From Ruminococcus sp. (lineage in GTDB: Bacteria > Bacillota > Clostridia > Oscillospirales > Acutalibacteraceae), in assembly GCA_022768065.1 (NCBI GenBank), contig JALELS010000026.1, forward strand, positions 8,961-72,960: a stretch of DNA of 64,000 bases, in the 5' to 3' direction. A program made the position numbers and the translations under genes. Positions within the stretch are counted from its first letter, which is position 1. Every line of letters begins with the position of its first letter. This document shows positions 51,901 to 63,010 of the stretch, piece by piece. Under the pieces are notes generated by a model, which made no database searches, was not told the origin of the DNA, and worked only from the letters and a program-made list of their open reading frames with translations.

Positions 51901-53217
51901 TTAATCAAGGAATCCTTTGTAATGACGCATCATCATCTGAGATTCAAGCTGTTTAACCGTTTCAAGAGCAACACCAACCATAATGATTATGGAAGTACCG
52001 CCGAGTGAAAGGTTTACCTGATGATGGAACGCACCCGTAATCTGTGAAAAGAGAAGCGGGAAGAGCGCAACTACCGACAAAAGAAGAGCGCCGAGCAATG
52101 TAAGTCTTGACAATATCTTGGTGATATAATCCGACGTGGGCTTGCCGGGACGGATGCCGGGGATGGCACCGCTGTTCTTGCGGATGTTGTTCGCCATTTC
52201 GATAGGATTGTACTGAATGGCTGCATAGAAATATGCGAAGAATATGATCAACACAAAGTACATAATTCCGTATGCCCAATGCGTTGTTTCAAAGATTTTG
52301 AAGAAGCCTGCCCAGAAGCCGCCCTCTTTAACGGTGACGAACATCTGAATTGTAGGCGGAAGAGAAAGTATTGACGAAGCGAAGATTATGGGAAGAACGC
52401 CGCACATATTTACCTTAATCGGAATGTGAGTGTTCTGACCGCCGTACATCTTGCGTCCTACAACTCTCTTTGCATACTGAACGGGGATTCTTCTTTCGGC
52501 GTTATCCATCCATACTATGAAGCCTATCATAAGTATGAGTGATACAAACGCTATGGGAGCAAGTGCATAGTAAGCACCGCCCTTATCCATATAGGAGTAG
52601 AGGCTGTATAACGTGGTAGGCATTCTTGAAACGATACCTGCGAAAAGGATTATTGAAATACCGTTGCCGATACCCTTTTCGTTAATCTGTTCACCGAGCC
52701 ACATAATGAGCGAGGCGCCTGCCGTGTAGCAGAAGATAATCGTTATTGCCTGAAGCACTGCGAAGAAACCGGTAAATTTATTGCCGTTTGCATCGAGTGT
52801 GAGGTAGTTCTGAGAACGGATATAGAAGTAATAAGCCGTGCTCTGCATAAGTGCGAGAACTACCGAAGAGTACCTCGTTATAGTGGAAATCTTTTTGCGG
52901 CCCTCTTCGCCCTCTTTTGCGAGTCTTTCAAGAGCCGGGATAGCTACTGTGAGCAATTCAATGATGATGGACGCGTTGATGTACGGGGTTATCGACATTG
53001 CGAACAACGTACCGTAATTAAAAGCGTCACCTGTCATCATGCTAAGGTATGTCATAAAGTTGTTTGCGTTCTGATCAGAGATGAGTCCACCGCTGATATT
53101 AACAAACGGAACGGGAAGAGCGGCACCGAGTCTGAATATAAAGACGATAAGCGCCGTAAAGAGCATCTTTTTGCGAAGATCCGCAATCTTCCAAGCGTTT
53201 ATGATCGTTTTAAACAC
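51901..53217 (-). CDS. secY: Preprotein translocase subunit SecY
   Basis: 438-aa 10-TM protein with SecY signatures. Canonical position. Confidence 0.97.
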   Translation of the reverse strand: MFKTIINAWKIADLRKKMLFTALIVFIFRLGAALPVPFVNISGGLISDQNANNFMTYLSMMTGDAFNYGTLFAMSITPYINASIIIELLTVAIPALERLAKEGEEGRKKISTITRYSSVVLALMQSTAYYFYIRSQNYLTLDANGNKFTGFFAVLQAITIIFCYTAGASLIMWLGEQINEKGIGNGISIILFAGIVSRMPTTLYSLYSYMDKGGAYYALAPIAFVSLILMIGFIVWMDNAERRIPVQYAKRVVGRKMYGGQNTHIPIKVNMCGVLPIIFASSILSLPPTIQMFVTVKEGGFWAGFFKIFETTHWAYGIMYFVLIIFFAYFYAAIQYNPIEMANNIRKNSGAIPGIRPGKPTSDYITKILSRLTLLGALLLSVVALFPLLFSQITGAFHHQVNLSLGGTSIIIMVGVALETVKQLESQMMMRHYKGFLD

Positions 53218-53219
53218 CC

Positions 53220-53663
53220 TTAGATCACCTCAGCCTTTCCGCCGGCTGCTTCGATCTTCTGCTTAGCCGAGTCGGAATAAGCATTAACCTTAACAGTAAG
53301 CTTTTTGCTGATTTCGCCGTTTCCGAGAATTTTAACACCGTCAAGAGCCTTCTTGATAAGACCCTTTTCGATCAATGCGTTTACATCAACGACTGCGCCG
53401 TCTTCAAACGCCTTGTCAAGAGCTGATACATTAACAGCAGCGATTTCCTTAGCGAAGATATTGTTAAATCCTCTCTTGGGAATACGTCTCTGTAAAGGCA
53501 TCTGGCCGCCTTCAAATCCGGGGCGCATACCTCTGCCTGCGCGAGCCTTCTGACCCTTATGGCCTTTGCCCGCTGTCTTACCCTGACCGGATGCAGGACC
53601 TCTGCCGATACGCTTTACAGCCTTCTTGGAGCCCTCTGCCGGTGAAAGTTCGTGCAATTTCAT
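53220..53663 (-). CDS. rplO: 50S ribosomal protein L15
   Basis: Typical L15 N-terminus ([22 protein letters not shown]). Confidence 0.96.
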   Translation of the reverse strand: MKLHELSPAEGSKKAVKRIGRGPASGQGKTAGKGHKGQKARAGRGMRPGFEGGQMPLQRRIPKRGFNNIFAKEIAAVNVSALDKAFEDGAVVDVNALIEKGLIKKALDGVKILGNGEISKKLTVKVNAYSDSAKQKIEAAGGKAEVI

Positions 53664-53675
53664 TTTCGCACCTCC

Positions 53676-53855
53676 TTACGCTTTCGTGACCTCGATAAGA
53701 TGAGAAATCTTCTTTATCTTACCCTGTGTCTGCGGGTTGTCGGGCTGTGTTGCCTTGTCCCCGATCTTGCGAAGACCAAGGGAAGAAGCAGTAGCAATCT
53801 GGTCTTTTTTGCTTCCGATAAGGCTCTTAACGAGCTTTACTTCTAAATTTGCCAT
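53676..53855 (-). CDS. rpmD: 50S ribosomal protein L30
   Basis: Below the track cutoff. My reverse translation gives MANLEVKLVKSLIGSKKDQIATASSLGLRKIGDKATQPDNPQTQGKIKKISHLIEVTKA (59 aa). Confidence 0.9.
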   Translation of the reverse strand: MANLEVKLVKSLIGSKKDQIATASSLGLRKIGDKATQPDNPQTQGKIKKISHLIEVTKA

Positions 53856-53868
53856 TGTAAGCCCTCCC

Positions 53869-54372
53869 TTAATCTAAAATTTCTTTAACTGTTTTGCCAC
53901 GTACGGCAGCAACTTCATCAGCATTGCGAAGCTTTGAAAGTCCGTCGATAGTAGCTCTTACTACGTTGCAGGGGTTGTTAGAACGAAGAGCCTTCGATCT
54001 GATGTCTCTGATGCCGACTGTTTCAACAACGGCACGTACGGGACCGCCTGCGATAACGCCGGTACCGGGAGCAGCGGGTTTAAGAAGAACTACACCTGCG
54101 CCGAATTTACCGGTGATCTCATGGGGAATTGTCGTTCCTTTGAGAGCAACATTGATAATGTTCTTTTTAGCGTCTTCGATACCCTTGCGGATAGCGTCCG
54201 GAACTTCGCCGGATTTGCCTATACCGAAGCCGACTCTGCCTTTACCGTCACCAACAACAACAAGAGCGGAGAACTTGTATATACGACCGCCCTTAACGGT
54301 TTTGGATACACGGTTGATAGTAACGACTCTCTCCTGGAATTCCTGATCTGCGGAATCGTTTTTATAAGCCAT
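53869..54372 (-). CDS. rpsE: 30S ribosomal protein S5
   Basis: Typical S5 ([22 protein letters not shown]). Confidence 0.97.
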   Translation of the reverse strand: MAYKNDSADQEFQERVVTINRVSKTVKGGRIYKFSALVVVGDGKGRVGFGIGKSGEVPDAIRKGIEDAKKNIINVALKGTTIPHEITGKFGAGVVLLKPAAPGTGVIAGGPVRAVVETVGIRDIRSKALRSNNPCNVVRATIDGLSKLRNADEVAAVRGKTVKEILD

Positions 54373-54389
54373 TTCTTTGTTCTCCTTTC

Positions 54390-54749
54390 TTAGAAGTTGA
54401 GGCCGCCCTCACGGGCGCCTTCGGCAAGAGCAGCAACTCTGCCGTGATATACATAACCGCCGCGGTCAAAGACAACGTCTTTGATGTTCTTTTCTGCGGC
54501 TCTTTCTGCCAACTTTTTGCCAACTGCTTTTGCAGCGTCAATGTTTCCGCCGTAATCTTTAAAATCTTTCTCTGTCGTTGACGCAGAAACGAGTGTTACA
54601 CCGTTTACATCGTCAATGAGCTGAGCATAGATGTTCTGAAGTGAACGGAAAACATCAAGGCGAGGACACTCAGCTGTTCCGGAGATCTTTGAGCGGACTC
54701 TTGTGTGGCGTTTAAGTCTTGCCTTTTTGCTGTCAGGCCTTGTAACCAT
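54390..54749 (-). CDS. rplR: 50S ribosomal protein L18
   Basis: Typical L18 ([18 protein letters not shown]...[12 protein letters not shown]). Confidence 0.97.
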   Translation of the reverse strand: MVTRPDSKKARLKRHTRVRSKISGTAECPRLDVFRSLQNIYAQLIDDVNGVTLVSASTTEKDFKDYGGNIDAAKAVGKKLAERAAEKNIKDVVFDRGGYVYHGRVAALAEGAREGGLNF

Positions 54750-54764
54750 TTAAAACACTCCTTT

Positions 54765-55310
54765 TTATTTTCCGCCTTTACCGGCTTTACCTTCTTTGCG
54801 GCGGATATGCTCGTCAGCGTATTTGATGCCCTTGCCCTTATAAGGCTCCGGCGGACGCTTTTCGCGAACCTCGGCTGCGAACTGACCTACCTGCTGCTTG
54901 TCGGGACCGGAAATTACGATTTTGTTAGGTGCCGGTACCTCTATTGTGATACCGTCAACCTCGGGAACGATTACCTGATGTGAATAACCTATATTCATAA
55001 CAAGGTCGCTGCCCTGCTTAGCTGCACGGTAACCTACGCCGTTTATCTCAAGCTCCTTCTTGAAGCCGACGGTAACGCCGACAACCATGTTGTGGATAAG
55101 AGTACGGGTAAGACCGTGAAGTGATTTGTTAAGGTTTGACTCGTCGGGACGAGTAACCACGATTTCGCCGTTTTCCATAGCGACGTTCATATTGCTGTGT
55201 ACGGTTCTGGTAAGAGTGCCCTTGGGACCCTTAACGGTAACAGTACTGCCGTCAATAGTAACGTCTACGCCAGCGGGAATGGCAATCGGATGTTTGCCGA
55301 TTCTTGACAT
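54765..55310 (-). CDS. rplF: 50S ribosomal protein L6
   Basis: Typical L6 ([17 protein letters not shown]). Confidence 0.97.
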   Translation of the reverse strand: MSRIGKHPIAIPAGVDVTIDGSTVTVKGPKGTLTRTVHSNMNVAMENGEIVVTRPDESNLNKSLHGLTRTLIHNMVVGVTVGFKKELEINGVGYRAAKQGSDLVMNIGYSHQVIVPEVDGITIEVPAPNKIVISGPDKQQVGQFAAEVREKRPPEPYKGKGIKYADEHIRRKEGKAGKGGK

Positions 55311-55322
55311 ACTGAAACCTCC

Positions 55323-55721
55323 TTACCAGATGAATGCGAGAACTTCGCCGCCTACATTGGCTTTGCGAGCTGCTCTGTCAGTCATAACGCCCTTTGAAGT
55401 TGAAAGGATAGCAACGCCGAGGCCCTTCATGACCTTAGGCATATCCTCGCAGTTTGTGTATATACGCAGACCGGGCTTTGATACTCTGCGGATACCGGTG
55501 ATGACAGACGATTTATTGGGGCCGTATTTGAGATCCATCTCAATGATGCCCTGCTTGCCGTCTTCAACAACCTTAAAGCTTTTTATATAGCCCTCATCAA
55601 CAAGAATCTGAGCAATCGCCTTCTTCATGTTAGATGCGGGAACGCTCACCGTTTCATGCTTAGCAGAATTCGCGTTGCGGATTCTTGTAAGCATATCACC
55701 GATGGAATCAGTAATTTGCAT
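55323..55721 (-). CDS. rpsH: 30S ribosomal protein S8
   Basis: Typical S8 ([14 protein letters not shown]). Confidence 0.97.
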   Translation of the reverse strand: MQITDSIGDMLTRIRNANSAKHETVSVPASNMKKAIAQILVDEGYIKSFKVVEDGKQGIIEMDLKYGPNKSSVITGIRRVSKPGLRIYTNCEDMPKVMKGLGVAILSTSKGVMTDRAARKANVGGEVLAFIW

Positions 55722-55751
55722 ACTGTTTACCTCCTTTGCAATTGCTCGTAA

Positions 55752-55937
55752 TTACCAGCTGGCCTTCTTAACGCCGGGGATCTGACCCTTGTGAGCTAAC
55801 TCACGGAAGCAGATACGGCATACTCCGTACTTGCGGAGATAAGCATGCGGCCTACCGCAGATCTTACATCTGTTGTACTGTCTTGTTGAATACTTAGCAG
55901 GAGAAGCCTGCTTAACCTTCATTGATTTCTTTGCCAC
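55752..55937 (-). CDS. rpsZ: 30S ribosomal protein S14 type Z (zinc-binding, 61 aa)
   Basis: [21 protein letters not shown], a CxxC...CxxC pattern. Confidence 0.96.
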   Translation of the reverse strand: MAKKSMKVKQASPAKYSTRQYNRCKICGRPHAYLRKYGVCRICFRELAHKGQIPGVKKASW

Positions 55938-55950
55938 TGTTTATCCCTCC

Positions 55951-56493
55951 TTATTTGGCGAACGGAGCGCCCATGAGCGTAAGCAGCTCTTTGGCTTCTT
56001 CGTCGGTTTCGGCAGTCGTTACGAAGCAAATGTCCATACCGCGAACTGCGTCTATCTTATCGTACTCGATTTCGGGGAATATGAGCTGCTCTTTAATACC
56101 CATAGCATAGTTGCCTCTGCCGTCAAAAGAGTTGCCGTTGATTCCTCTGAAGTCACGAACTCTCGGAAGAGCGAGATTGAAGAGTCTGTCCATAAACTCA
56201 TACATTCTGTCTCCTCTGAGTGTGACCTTAACGCCTATCGTCATGCCCTCACGGAGCTTGAAGTTTGCGACTGACTTTTTAGCCTTGCACTCAACCGGTT
56301 TCTGACCGGTGATGGTAGCGAGGTCTGTCATTATAGCGTCAACAACCTTTGAGTTGTCTTTAGCTTCGCCGCAGCCTACATTGATAACGATTTTGTCGAA
56401 TTTCGGGATCTGCATAACGCTCTTGTAGCCGAACTTCTTCTGAAGCGCCGGAGCAACTTCCGAAACGTACATTTCTTTAAGTCTTGCTGCCAT
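55951..56493 (-). CDS. rplE: 50S ribosomal protein L5
   Basis: Typical L5 ([20 protein letters not shown]). Confidence 0.97.
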   Translation of the reverse strand: MAARLKEMYVSEVAPALQKKFGYKSVMQIPKFDKIVINVGCGEAKDNSKVVDAIMTDLATITGQKPVECKAKKSVANFKLREGMTIGVKVTLRGDRMYEFMDRLFNLALPRVRDFRGINGNSFDGRGNYAMGIKEQLIFPEIEYDKIDAVRGMDICFVTTAETDEEAKELLTLMGAPFAK

Positions 56494-56510
56494 GTTGTTA
56501 TGTCCCTCCC

Positions 56511-56843
56511 TTATTCAAACTGTGCGCCGCATTTTTTGCATACGCGCATCGAAATGGTTTTGCCGTTTTTGTTTTCAACCTTGGTGTGGCCTACTCTTGT
56601 AGCAGCACCGCACTTGGGGCAAACGAGCTGAACCTTTGAAGCGTAAAGAGCGCTCTCAGCCTTAACAAGGCCGCCCTCTTCGCCCATCTTTTTAGGTTTA
56701 ACGTGCTTTGTGACTACGTTTACGCCCTCAACGATTACCTTATCCTCGGCGGGAGAGACCTGCATGACCTTTCCTTTTCTGCCGCGGTTTTTACCGTTGA
56801 TGACTACGACGGTATCACCTGTTTTAACGTGAACTTTATTCAT
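56511..56843 (-). CDS. rplX: 50S ribosomal protein L24 (with CxxC...CxxC C-terminal ribbon)
   Basis: [29 protein letters not shown] motif. The C-terminus reads [14 protein letters not shown]...[10 protein letters not shown]. The ATG at 56843 has GGGAGG 9 nt upstream. Confidence 0.93.
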   Translation of the reverse strand: MNKVHVKTGDTVVVINGKNRGRKGKVMQVSPAEDKVIVEGVNVVTKHVKPKKMGEEGGLVKAESALYASKVQLVCPKCGAATRVGHTKVENKNGKTISMRVCKKCGAQFE

Positions 56844-56859
56844 CTCATTGCACCTCCCA

Positions 56860-57228
56860 TTAAAGCACTTCGGGAGCAAGTGACAAGATCTTCATGTAAT
56901 CCTTATCACGAAGCTCTCTTGCTACCGGCCCGAAAATACGAGTGCCTCTCGGGGTTTTGTCTTCTTTTATCAATACCGCTGCATTCTCATCGAAACGGAT
57001 ATAAGTTCCGTCGTCTCTGCGAACGCCGCTTACTGTTCTTACAACGACCGCTTTTACAACATCGCCCTTTTTAACAACGCCGCCGGGTGCTGCCTTTTTG
57101 ACCGAAGCTACAATAACGTCGCCGATATTTGCATACCTTCTGCCTGAACCACCGAGTACGCGAATGCACATAATTTCTTTCGCACCGGTGTTGTCGGCTA
57201 CTTTGAGGTAAGTCTGTTGCTGTATCAC
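56860..57228 (-). CDS. rplN: 50S ribosomal protein L14
   Basis: [27 protein letters not shown]. Confidence 0.98.
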   Translation of the reverse strand: MIQQQTYLKVADNTGAKEIMCIRVLGGSGRRYANIGDVIVASVKKAAPGGVVKKGDVVKAVVVRTVSGVRRDDGTYIRFDENAAVLIKEDKTPRGTRIFGPVARELRDKDYMKILSLAPEVL

Positions 57229-57249
57229 AGTTATAGCCTCCTTAGAAAA

Positions 57250-57507
57250 TTATTTCGCTTTCTCGATGATCTCGACTACACGCCATCTCTTATCCTTTGA
57301 GAGGGGACGTGTTTCCATAACAAGAACTCTGTCGCCTATTCCGCACTCATTGTTCTCGTCATGAGCCTTGATTTTAACTGTACGGTTAATGATCTTATTG
57401 TAAAGCGGATGCTTAACTCTGTCCTTGATTGAAACAACGACGGTCTTCTGCATCTTATCGCTTGTTACGATACCAACCTGAGTTTTTCTGAGGTTTCTTT
57501 CACTCAT
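57250..57507 (-). CDS. rpsQ: 30S ribosomal protein S17
   Basis: Typical S17 ([16 protein letters not shown]). Confidence 0.97.
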   Translation of the reverse strand: MSERNLRKTQVGIVTSDKMQKTVVVSIKDRVKHPLYNKIINRTVKIKAHDENNECGIGDRVLVMETRPLSKDKRWRVVEIIEKAK

Positions 57508-57527
57508 TTTAAAAGTCCTCCCTTTCC

Positions 57528-57731
57528 TTAGCCTTGAGCGCCGTGTAATTCAACATCGCGCATAACGGTTTTGATTCTTGCGATGTCTTTTTTAACGGCA
57601 CTTATGCGCATTGGATTATCGAGTTGGTTGATGGCCTGCTGGAAGCGTAATTTGAAAAGCTCATCCTTAAGCTCTGTGAGTTTAGCATCCAACTCGGAGG
57701 GGGAGAGTTTTTTGATTTCTTTTGCTTTCAT
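57528..57731 (-). CDS. rpmC: 50S ribosomal protein L29
   Basis: Typical L29 ([17 protein letters not shown]). Confidence 0.96.
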   Translation of the reverse strand: MKAKEIKKLSPSELDAKLTELKDELFKLRFQQAINQLDNPMRISAVKKDIARIKTVMRDVELHGAQG

Positions 57732-58162
57732 TACTGCTCACCATCCTCTGACTGATCTGCCTTTGCGACAAATTTGCATTTGATCGGAAGCTTGTTAGCC
57801 GCAAGACGCATAGCCTCACGAGCTGCTTCCTCGGGAACGCCGGCAATTTCAAAAAGAACTCTGCCGGGCTTAACTACTGCTACCCAATATTCGGGAGAAC
57901 CTTTACCGGAACCCATTCGGGTTTCAGCCGGTTTTTCTGTAATCGGCTTATCCGGGAAGATTTTTATCCAAACCTGGCCGCCGCGCTTAATGTATCTTGT
58001 CATAGCGATACGGGCTGCCTCTATCTGGTTTGCGGTTATCCATGCGGGTTCGGTTGCTACAAGGCCGAAGTCACCGTAAGTTACTTTATTTCCTCTTAAA
58101 GCCTTACCGGTAAGACGTCCTCTCTGAACTCTGCGGTATTTAACTCTCTTAGGTAATAACAT
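57731..58162 (-). CDS. rplP: 50S ribosomal protein L16
   Basis: [16 protein letters not shown]. Confidence 0.98.
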   Translation of the reverse strand: MLLPKRVKYRRVQRGRLTGKALRGNKVTYGDFGLVATEPAWITANQIEAARIAMTRYIKRGGQVWIKIFPDKPITEKPAETRMGSGKGSPEYWVAVVKPGRVLFEIAGVPEEAAREAMRLAANKLPIKCKFVAKADQSEDGEQ

Positions 58163-58839
58163 TATTTAGTGCCTCCTTCCTTTTCTTTGCGAGGCCTGCG
58201 GTTGTCGTGAAGGACTTCGCCTTTATAAAGCCAAACCTTTACGCCGACACGACCGTAAGTCGTTTTAGCCTCTGCGAAGCCGTAATCAATGTCAGCGCGC
58301 ATAGTCTGAAGCGGAATGGTACCCTCGTGGTACTGCTCGGTACGTGCGATTTCAGCACCGCCGAGACGGCCGCTTACCTGAATTTTAATACCCTTTGCAC
58401 CGAGCTTCATTGTTCTGCCGATAGCCTGTTTAAGAGCGCGGCGGAAAGAAACTCGTCTTTCAAGCTGACCTGCAATGTTCTCTGCTACGAGCTGAGAATC
58501 AAGGTCGGGCTGCTTGATTTCTACGATGTTGATGAAAACGTCTTTGTCTTCACCGAGTTTTGCTTTGCATACATCCTTGAGCTTCTCGATCTCAGCACCG
58601 CCCTTACCGATAACCATACCGGGCTTAGCGCAGTGAATGTTGATGCGGACTCTCTTGGGATCTCTTTCGATTTCGACCTTCGGAACGCCTGCGGGAGCAA
58701 GAGTGCTGAGTAGGTAGTTACGAAGCTCATAGTCCGAAATAAGAGTGTTGCCGAAGTCCTTTTTGCCGGCGTACCAGCGGGACTCCCAATCCTTTATAAC
58801 GCCGACACGGAAGCCGGTAGGATTTATTTTCTGGCCCAT
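58162..58839 (-). CDS. rpsC: 30S ribosomal protein S3
   Basis: [24 protein letters not shown] with a KH domain. Confidence 0.98.
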   Translation of the reverse strand: MGQKINPTGFRVGVIKDWESRWYAGKKDFGNTLISDYELRNYLLSTLAPAGVPKVEIERDPKRVRINIHCAKPGMVIGKGGAEIEKLKDVCKAKLGEDKDVFINIVEIKQPDLDSQLVAENIAGQLERRVSFRRALKQAIGRTMKLGAKGIKIQVSGRLGGAEIARTEQYHEGTIPLQTMRADIDYGFAEAKTTYGRVGVKVWLYKGEVLHDNRRPRKEKEGGTK

Positions 58840-58858
58840 TTTATTACCTCCTCCTTAC

Positions 58859-59191
58859 TTACTCTGCTTCTTTAACCACAAGGGTTATATGCGAGGTTTT
58901 CTTGTTTATTCTGTATGCACGGCCATGATCTCTCGGACGAATACGTTTAAGAGTCGGACCCTGGTCTACCTTGCACTCCGAAACGAAGAGCGATGAGGTA
59001 TCCATATCTTTGTTTTCTGCATTAGCCATTGCAGACTTCAAAAGCTTTTCAAGCGGTTCACACGCAGCCTTCGGTGTGTACTTGAGAATAGCTAATGCTT
59101 CGTCGCAAGGCTTATTTCTGATAAGATCAAGTACGATCTGCACCTTACGGGGAGCGATGCGTACGTGAGTTGCCTTAGCAGTTGCTTCCAT
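58859..59191 (-). CDS. rplV: 50S ribosomal protein L22
   Basis: Typical L22 ([18 protein letters not shown]). Confidence 0.97.
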   Translation of the reverse strand: MEATAKATHVRIAPRKVQIVLDLIRNKPCDEALAILKYTPKAACEPLEKLLKSAMANAENKDMDTSSLFVSECKVDQGPTLKRIRPRDHGRAYRINKKTSHITLVVKEAE

Positions 59192-59215
59192 TAGTTAATA
59201 CACTCCTTTCGCTGA

Positions 59216-59488
59216 TTAGTTTGTTGTCTTTGATCCGCTGTGACCTCTGAAGGTTCTTGTCGGAGCAAATTCACCAAGCTTGTGACCAACCATATCCTCT
59301 GTAACATAAACCGGAACGTGCTTGCGGCCGTCGTGAACTGCAAACGTGTGTCCGACGAAGTCCGGGAATATAGTCGAGCTGCGGCTCCATGTTTTGAGAA
59401 CGATCTTTTCGCCGTTCTTGTTCATTTCTTCAACCTTGCGAAGCAGTTTCGGTGCAACGTAAGGGCCTTTTTTAGTACTTCTGCTCAT
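59216..59488 (-). CDS. rpsS: 30S ribosomal protein S19
   Basis: [19 protein letters not shown]...[23 protein letters not shown]. Confidence 0.98.
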   Translation of the reverse strand: MSRSTKKGPYVAPKLLRKVEEMNKNGEKIVLKTWSRSSTIFPDFVGHTFAVHDGRKHVPVYVTEDMVGHKLGEFAPTRTFRGHSGSKTTN

Positions 59489-59507
59489 AATCTACACTCC
59501 TTTCGAC

Positions 59508-60338
59508 TTACTTGCTGTTACGGCGCTTAACTATAAGCTTATCCGAACGGTTCTTCTTAGCTCTGGTCTTATAACCGAGAGCGGGCTTGCCCCACGGTGT
59601 GCAGGGACCGGGACGTCCTACCGGAGCCTTACCTTCACCACCGCCGTGCGGGTGGTCGTTCGGGTTCATTACAGAACCGCGGACTGTCGGGCGGATACCG
59701 AGGTGACGGGTGCGTCCTGCTTTACCGAGCTTGACATTTTCATGGTCGGTGTTGCCGACTGTGCCTACTGTTGCCATGCAGGTTGCGGGAACATTTCTGA
59801 GCTCGCCCGAGGGTAAACGAAGGAGCGCATATACGCCCTCTTTAGCCATAAGCTGAGCGGAGTTACCTGCCGAACGTGCGAGCTGGCCGCCGCGTCCGGG
59901 ATAAAGCTCAACGTTGTGAACTACGGTACCGGTCGGGATATTTGTAAGAGGAAGTGCGTTGCCGGTTTTGATGTCGGCATCTGCGCCTGCCTCAACTTTA
60001 TCGCCTACTTTGAGGCCTACCGGAGCGAGGATGTATCTCTTCTCGCCGTCGGCATACTGGATAAGAGCGATATGAGACGAACGGTTGGGGTCGTACTCAA
60101 GTGTGAGGACTGTTGCCTCGCCTGCCTTATCTCTCTTGAAGTCGATCACGCGGTACTTTCTGCGGTTTCCGCCGCCGCGATGACGGACTGTGATTCTTCC
60201 GTAGCTGTTTCTGCCGGCATTCTTTGAAAGAGGCTCTAAGAGGCTTCTCTCGGGAGCTACCTTTGAAAGCTCGGAATAATCTGTTACCGACATATTTCTT
60301 CTTGAGTTAATTGTCGGCTTATAGACTTTTATAGACAT
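59508..60338 (-). CDS. rplB: 50S ribosomal protein L2
   Basis: [17 protein letters not shown]...[13 protein letters not shown]. The ATG at 60338 has AAGGAG upstream; the track start is an extension. Confidence 0.97.
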   Translation of the reverse strand: MSIKVYKPTINSRRNMSVTDYSELSKVAPERSLLEPLSKNAGRNSYGRITVRHRGGGNRRKYRVIDFKRDKAGEATVLTLEYDPNRSSHIALIQYADGEKRYILAPVGLKVGDKVEAGADADIKTGNALPLTNIPTGTVVHNVELYPGRGGQLARSAGNSAQLMAKEGVYALLRLPSGELRNVPATCMATVGTVGNTDHENVKLGKAGRTRHLGIRPTVRGSVMNPNDHPHGGGEGKAPVGRPGPCTPWGKPALGYKTRAKKNRSDKLIVKRRNSK

Positions 60339-60429
60339 TTTTTCACTCTCCTTGATCCGGTTTAGCGGAGTATGTCGGACTCCATACATTGCCAGATGGA
60401 TAAATCAAATTTAATTACTGCCGGTAAAA

Positions 60430-60723
60430 TTACATCATATTGTCGAAGAATTCAATTGTTTTTGAATCCTCGGTAAGTGTAACTATTGCTTTCTTCCAAG
60501 CTGAAGTATAACCTTCGTTATTGCCGTATCTTCTCTTCTGGCCTCTGACGTTCATGGTGTTGACAGCCTTAACTTTTACGTCGAAGAGCTTTTCAACAGC
60601 CTCTCTGATCTCGGGCTTTGTTGCCGTTTTGGCAACGCAGAAAACGTATTTCTTTTCGGCGATACCGGGCATTGTTTCCTCTGTTATTACCGGACGGAGG
60701 ATTATGTCTTGTGCAAGTTTCAT
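60430..60723 (-). CDS. rplW: 50S ribosomal protein L23
   Basis: Typical L23 (ILRPVITEETM...KKAIVTL). Confidence 0.96.
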   Translation of the reverse strand: MKLAQDIILRPVITEETMPGIAEKKYVFCVAKTATKPEIREAVEKLFDVKVKAVNTMNVRGQKRRYGNNEGYTSAWKKAIVTLTEDSKTIEFFDNMM

Positions 60724-61346
60724 TATGCGTAAACCTCCTCTATCTTAGCAACGGCATCTTTAAGAACAACGATTGTGTTGCAGTTGAGAATGTCGTATAC
60801 GTTGAGCGTGTTTACAAGAGAAACGTTGGTGCCCTCAATGTTGCGGGCGCTCTTGTAAAGGACATCGTTCTTTTCGGGGAGAACGATAAGAGTCTTTTTG
60901 CCTGCTTTTACGGCTGAGAGGATGTTTGCCATCTCTTTTGTCTTGATAGCGTCCATTGAGAAATCGTCAACAACGATCATCTCGTCGGCAGCCACCTTTG
61001 AAGAAAGCGCAGACTTCATAGCGAGTCTTCTTACCTTCTTATTTACATCAAAACCGTAATCACGCGGCTTCGGGCCGAGTGCGATACCGCCGTGAGTCCA
61101 CTGCGGAGCTCTCGTTGAACCCTGTCTTGCGCGGCCGGTGCCCTTCTGCTTCCAGGGCTTTTTGCCGCCGCCGGAGACCTCAGAACGAGTAAGTGTTGAC
61201 TGAGTGCCCTGACGCTGATTTGCGAGATAATTGACGACTACAAGATGCATAGCCGATTTGTTGGGCTCGATAGCGAATATTTCGTCTTTAAGCTCGATAT
61301 CCGATACTTTCTTGCCTGTTTTATCAAGTACTGCTAATTTAGCCAT
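60723..61346 (-). CDS. rplD: 50S ribosomal protein L4
   Basis: Typical L4 (GGGKKPWKQKGTGRARQGSTRAPQW). Confidence 0.97.
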   Translation of the reverse strand: MAKLAVLDKTGKKVSDIELKDEIFAIEPNKSAMHLVVVNYLANQRQGTQSTLTRSEVSGGGKKPWKQKGTGRARQGSTRAPQWTHGGIALGPKPRDYGFDVNKKVRRLAMKSALSSKVAADEMIVVDDFSMDAIKTKEMANILSAVKAGKKTLIVLPEKNDVLYKSARNIEGTNVSLVNTLNVYDILNCNTIVVLKDAVAKIEEVYA

Positions 61347-61363
61347 TATTCAACACTCCTTTC

Positions 61364-61999
61364 TTACTTACTCTTAACTGTATCTGCGAGAACGACGATT
61401 CCGCCCTTCGGGCCGGGAATTGCGCCCTTGACAGCTATAAGATTGTTTTCTGCGTCGACCTTTACGATGTCAAGATTCTGAACCGTAACTCTCTCCGCAC
61501 CGAGATGACCTGCAAGCTTCTTGCCCTTGAATACTCTTGAAGGATCGGAGCAAGCACCGAGTGAACCGGCATGTCTTGCAACAGGACCCGAACCGTGAGT
61601 TTCTTTAAGGCGTGAGAAGTTCCATCTCTTGATGGCACCTGCCGTGCCCTTACCTTTGCTTGTGCCGACAACGTCAACTCTGTCGCCGACTGCGAATACG
61701 TCAGCCTTGAGAATGTCGCCGACGTTCAAAGTGCTTGTATCTGCGAGTCTGAACTCTTTAAGCACTTTCTTCGGTGCTACATCAGCTTTTTTGAAGTGAC
61801 CTGCCTGCGGCTTGTTCACACGGCTGATTTTAACCTCACCGAAACCTACCTGAACAGCTTCGTAACCGTCGTTTTCAACGGTTTTCTTCTGAACTACTGT
61901 GCAGGGACCGGCCTCAACTACTGTTACCGGGATAACGTTTCCGTTATCGTCGAAGATCTGTGTCATACCGATCTTCTTACCAATAAGACCTTTTTGCAT
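61364..61999 (-). CDS. rplC: 50S ribosomal protein L3
   Basis: Typical L3 ([13 protein letters not shown]...[17 protein letters not shown]). Confidence 0.97.
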   Translation of the reverse strand: MQKGLIGKKIGMTQIFDDNGNVIPVTVVEAGPCTVVQKKTVENDGYEAVQVGFGEVKISRVNKPQAGHFKKADVAPKKVLKEFRLADTSTLNVGDILKADVFAVGDRVDVVGTSKGKGTAGAIKRWNFSRLKETHGSGPVARHAGSLGACSDPSRVFKGKKLAGHLGAERVTVQNLDIVKVDAENNLIAVKGAIPGPKGGIVVLADTVKSK

Positions 62000-62065
62000 T
62001 TTTATTTTCCTCCTTTGGTTATTGGTCGGCTCTCACCGACTTGACCTGTAAGCGCAAAATCAAAA

Positions 62066-62383
62066 TCAGAGTTTGATTTCGATGTCTACGCCTGCGGGAA
62101 GCTCGAGACTCGTCAGAGCTTCAACGGTTTTGTTTGAAGGTCTGAGTATGTCGATAAGCCTTTTGTGTGTTCTCTGCTCAAACTGCTCACGGCTGTACTT
62201 ATACTTATGAACAGCGCGGAGGATTGTAACTACTTCCTTGTCTGTGGGAAGCGGAACGGGGCCTGAAACCTGAGCGCCTGTGCGCTTTGCGGTCTCAACG
62301 ATCTTTTCCGAAGCCTTGTCAACAAGGTCATGATCGTAGCCTTTGAGCCTGATTCTGATTTTCTTTCCTTTTGCGGTAGCCAT
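62066..62383 (-). CDS. rpsJ: 30S ribosomal protein S10
   Basis: [40 protein letters not shown]. Confidence 0.98.
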   Translation of the reverse strand: MATAKGKKIRIRLKGYDHDLVDKASEKIVETAKRTGAQVSGPVPLPTDKEVVTILRAVHKYKYSREQFEQRTHKRLIDILRPSNKTVEALTSLELPAGVDIEIKL

Positions 62384-62686
62384 TTTTTGCCTCCTTGATA
62401 TTTAGGGCAAGCTTTTTTGCAACCCTGCCGGGTGTTTCCACCTTTCTCTTTTTAAAATCCGAAAAACCAATGTTTTCCGGACGGCACAAAAAAGCACACA
62501 GCATCCTTATTTCACGGCAGAGGTTGGGTTCTCGGCCGGAAAAAGAAGCTTATTAGTTCGCCCGGTTTTAAAATCGGACATACTCCGCGGTAATTCCCTG
62601 CATCAAAGTGCAGCCACCTACCGCATCATCGCATATCAAGCTGCGTATAAAAAGGCATAATACGCCCTTTTCACGCGTGCTAAAGT

Positions 62687-62715
62687 AGTTTAACACAAAA
62701 GACCGGCAAATGCAA
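62687..62715 (-). promoter_or_regulatory. Candidate S10-operon promoter (about 300-nt leader)
   Basis: Minus strand reads TTGCAT (62715-62710), a 17-nt spacer, then TAAACT (62692-62687) with TGT immediately upstream (extended -10-like). Confidence 0.4.
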
Positions 62716-62981
62716 CAACTTTTTTCAAAAAAGTTCATTAAAAAAGCTGAAATTTTTTTGTCATCCGTTCCGCGTGTTCGCGCTATACAATATATAGTGT
62801 TTTTAGCCCTATATCGGTGAATACACAAACTTTTTCTCCGCAAAAATTCCGATTTTACCGACGCCGCATATTATATATAATAGTATAGTGTTTTGCGGCA
62901 TAAAAAGCAAAATATTTACGCGTCGTCAATATTTATGAAAACATATGCGGGTTAATCATCTTTTCTGCACGTTCTTGTCGG

Positions 62982-63010
62982 TTGACATTCGGTAAAGAAT
63001 ACTATAAAAT
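62982..63010 (+). promoter_or_regulatory. Candidate glyQS promoter
   Basis: TTGACA (62982-62987), a 17-nt spacer, then TAAAAT (63005-63010). Confidence 0.45.

Noticed and set aside
62568-62843. 91-aa minus-strand ORF in the rpsJ-glyQS spacer
   Set aside because: No SD, a Cys/Arg/Phe-rich composition typical of AT-rich noncoding DNA, and overlap with the predicted S10 promoter and leader.
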